This document shows, in pieces, positions 61,680-64,000 of a stretch of 64,000 nt of DNA. Numbering within the stretch: position 1 is the stretch's first letter; the number at the start of each line of letters is the position of its first letter. The stretch lies in contig NC_087437.1 of NCBI RefSeq assembly GCF_036321535.1, positions 1,612,001-1,676,000 on the forward strand, given 5' to 3'. The notes below the pieces were generated by a model, which was not told the DNA's origin, did no database searches, and saw only the letters and a program-made list of their open reading frames with translations. Both the position numbers and the translations under genes were made by a program. The DNA is from Camelus dromedarius (Eukaryota).

Positions 61680-61920
61680 GAAAGGCAGCATGATGAGCAT
61701 AAATCTTGAAGTCACAGATAATTAGAGAGATAATTGAATCCAGGCTTCATGGCTAATTTGTATGCAATTTGGGACAAGTTACTTAACCTTCGTGAGGGTC
61801 TGTTTTCTCATCTAAAATGGGGAACACAGTCTTTCCTTCTGGGTTTGTTATAGGAAGATGTTGCTATTATTTCTCGCCCAGTGCATGACCCATAGTAATG
61901 TCAAAATAAATGGTAACTGG
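61680..61920 (+). mobile_element. MIR SINE
   Basis: ttgggacaagttacttaacct...ctgttttctcatctaaaatgggga core. Confidence 0.8.
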
Positions 61921-62087
61921 GCCATTAACATGACATTCAAGGTTCTCCATGACCTGTTTCTAATATACCTTCCCAACTTTGTGTCCCACTCTTACTTGTA
62001 CCCTCATTCATCTATGCCTTCATACTTTCATTCTTCAAAAAACACATACTGTCAGCTGGGCCCTATCACTAAAACTTTACTTAAAGA

Positions 62088-62360
62088 GTTTATTTATTTA
62101 TTTATATATTTGCTTGTTTGTTTCTTCAAGATGAATTGATTAAACATTGACTTTGTGTTGACTTCTTTTTAGATGCTTGAGATAAATTACTGAATAAAAC
62201 AGACAAAACATTTGCTCTTGAGAAATGGACATTTTAGTTGGGAAGACAGAAAACAAAGAGTAAACATAATTAATTAGAGAATGATAAAGAATAGGAGAAG
62301 CTTATCGTGCTGTGAGGAAAAAACAAAAACAGAACAGAGTCAGTGAGACTGAGGAGGGGC
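62088..62360 (-). mobile_element. L2 3' fragment, antisense
   Basis: tttatttatt...agatgcttgagata....tgaataaaacagacaaaa...tgctctt.agaa.t..acattttagttggg. Confidence 0.6.
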
Positions 62361-62987
62361 GGAGTCTCTTACCCACTGTTAGCATCCTGGATACAACAGT
62401 TTCTCTTATGCATTCACAATAGTACGTAACTAGTACTTTGAATGTAATAAGGACTAAATAGAGAACTAATGAAGTCAGTGGGAATGCATGGGGAAATGAG
62501 ATCTAATTTCTAACTAAACAGTTTAGACATGCACTTTATGAACACTTTCTGTGTTAAATTGGAGCCCTTTTGATATTCTCTAGCAGAGTTCTTGGAGCTG
62601 GCATTTTAATGGGTACCTTTCTTTCCCCACAATTTTAGTCCTTCTGATGGGGTGCAAGGAAATAATTATAGGGGTGGGGTATGGATCCTGTGCTAATTGG
62701 AACTGAGCGCCTATGTAACTATGGATAGTTATAGTTCTATACAAACAACACGGTGAGGCTGGTAGTTAGCCCCCGAATTTTTGAGCAAAGTCAAGCAGCC
62801 TTAAATATGTGAATGTATCTTAGACTCTCCAAGAAGACTACTGCATATAATACACAGCATTTCTTAAAATTAATTAACCATACAACTCCTGGTGTATAGA
62901 GAAATTAGTTTAGGTAAATGTAAATTTGGAAATGATATTCTAAAAAACAAATGGTAATGTAGTCAGAAGTATTTAGATTATAAAGAG

Positions 62988-63115
62988 GAAGGTCATATAA
63001 TTTATCATTTAAGACAGACATTTTTGAGAATGAAATGGCAATGTTAATAACTACGCCAGGAAAGCAGGAGTCAAACAAAGTTATCCCAGTAAATTAGAAC
63101 ATGTGGTCGCTGTAG
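62988..63115. mobile_element. MER94-like hAT-Blackjack element
   Basis: catataatttatcat...acatttttgaga.tgaaa...ttaataa.tacgccagga...tcccag.aaa....aca.tggtc.c.ta. Confidence 0.65.
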
Positions 63116-64000
63116 TTACCGTTTACTGCACATTCGTATCTTTCCCCCAAATACACTTTCTAGTTTTTCCAGCTCCCTTGGGAGGTGGGTCCAGGGGAAG
63201 CCCTGTGTGAAAGGAGGCAGAATAGCTGCACTCCTTTCGGAGGGAGGTCTTTTGAAATCCTCAGCAATGCAGTGCACCATAAAAAAGAAAATTAAAAATG
63301 AAAACTTCGAGGAAATACGTGTTTAGCCTTTTCAAGCAAAATAAGGAATTAGGTCTCCCCGAAGATGCTAATTTACTGAGACTTTTCAGCTTAAGGAATT
63401 ATTTTGGTTACCTTTCCAGAGATATAAAAAAGATCATCTTAGATATATTGATAAATTTGTGGCTGTGTTTGATATGGGGATCACTATCAATACATACGGA
63501 GTAAGGTTAAAAAAACCTTTTTAATGGGTTTGGAATTTTATAATAAAAAGTAAATAATAAGAATATAATGTTCATTAAACAACAAAATAAATTTTGCTTT
63601 TTAGTAAATACATGAGCGCTCACTTGTATATTTACATTTTGTGCATCTCACTGTAAAAACCTACACTAAACTAAGGAATATATCAAACTACAGTCTTCTG
63701 CAACAAGTTCTATTTTTGTTCTTCATGTAAATAGTCAACCAATAACTTGCCACTCTCAAAGTGGAATTCAGTATTCCTTATATTCATTATAGCCTTCCTT
63801 CAGCAAACAGTTTTTAAACACAGCATCTAAATTCAGGATCATTGGGCACTAAAAAAATCAACCTATTCAGAAATGCTCCATAAGCTAAATGGGGTAATAT
63901 TTTTATAGAGTTTTGGAAAAATGTTGTATGACTCTCAGAAGAGAGAAGTTCTAATTTTATTAAAGAACATTTTGTCCTCAAATCTCCTTTCCAAGTTCAA

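Overview
Eutherian genomic DNA, probably cetartiodactyl and possibly camelid, judged from the L1 3' tail and the absence of Alu/B1/Bov-A/PRE1 SINEs. Bases 1-46100 are the right-hand end of a head-to-tail macrosatellite: nine complete ~5.04 kb units plus a truncated tenth, near-identical by eye. Each unit is built from old TE fragments (MER2/Tigger-like, L1, MIR). It also carries one nearly invariant 120-nt cassette with canonical splice signals, three CTCF-like motifs (two minus, one plus), a 22-bp palindrome and a GT-rich tract. This architecture resembles FIRRE/DXZ4/ICCE-type CTCF macrosatellites and repeated-exon lncRNA loci, but that identity is not proven here. The array ends at a defective betaretroviral provirus (46101-53482) with JSRV-like gag, dUTPase-pro and pol, a 5'-deleted gamma-type env, two 482-bp LTRs and no matching TSD. 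The last ~140 bp of the array and the array-proximal LTR show a strongly T-biased, transversion-rich excess of substitutions. Beyond the provirus lie a small GC-rich patch with another CTCF motif and ordinary CpG-poor repeat-rich DNA (MLT1, L2, an internally deleted L1, MER33, MIR, MER94). No intact cellular protein-coding gene is supported.
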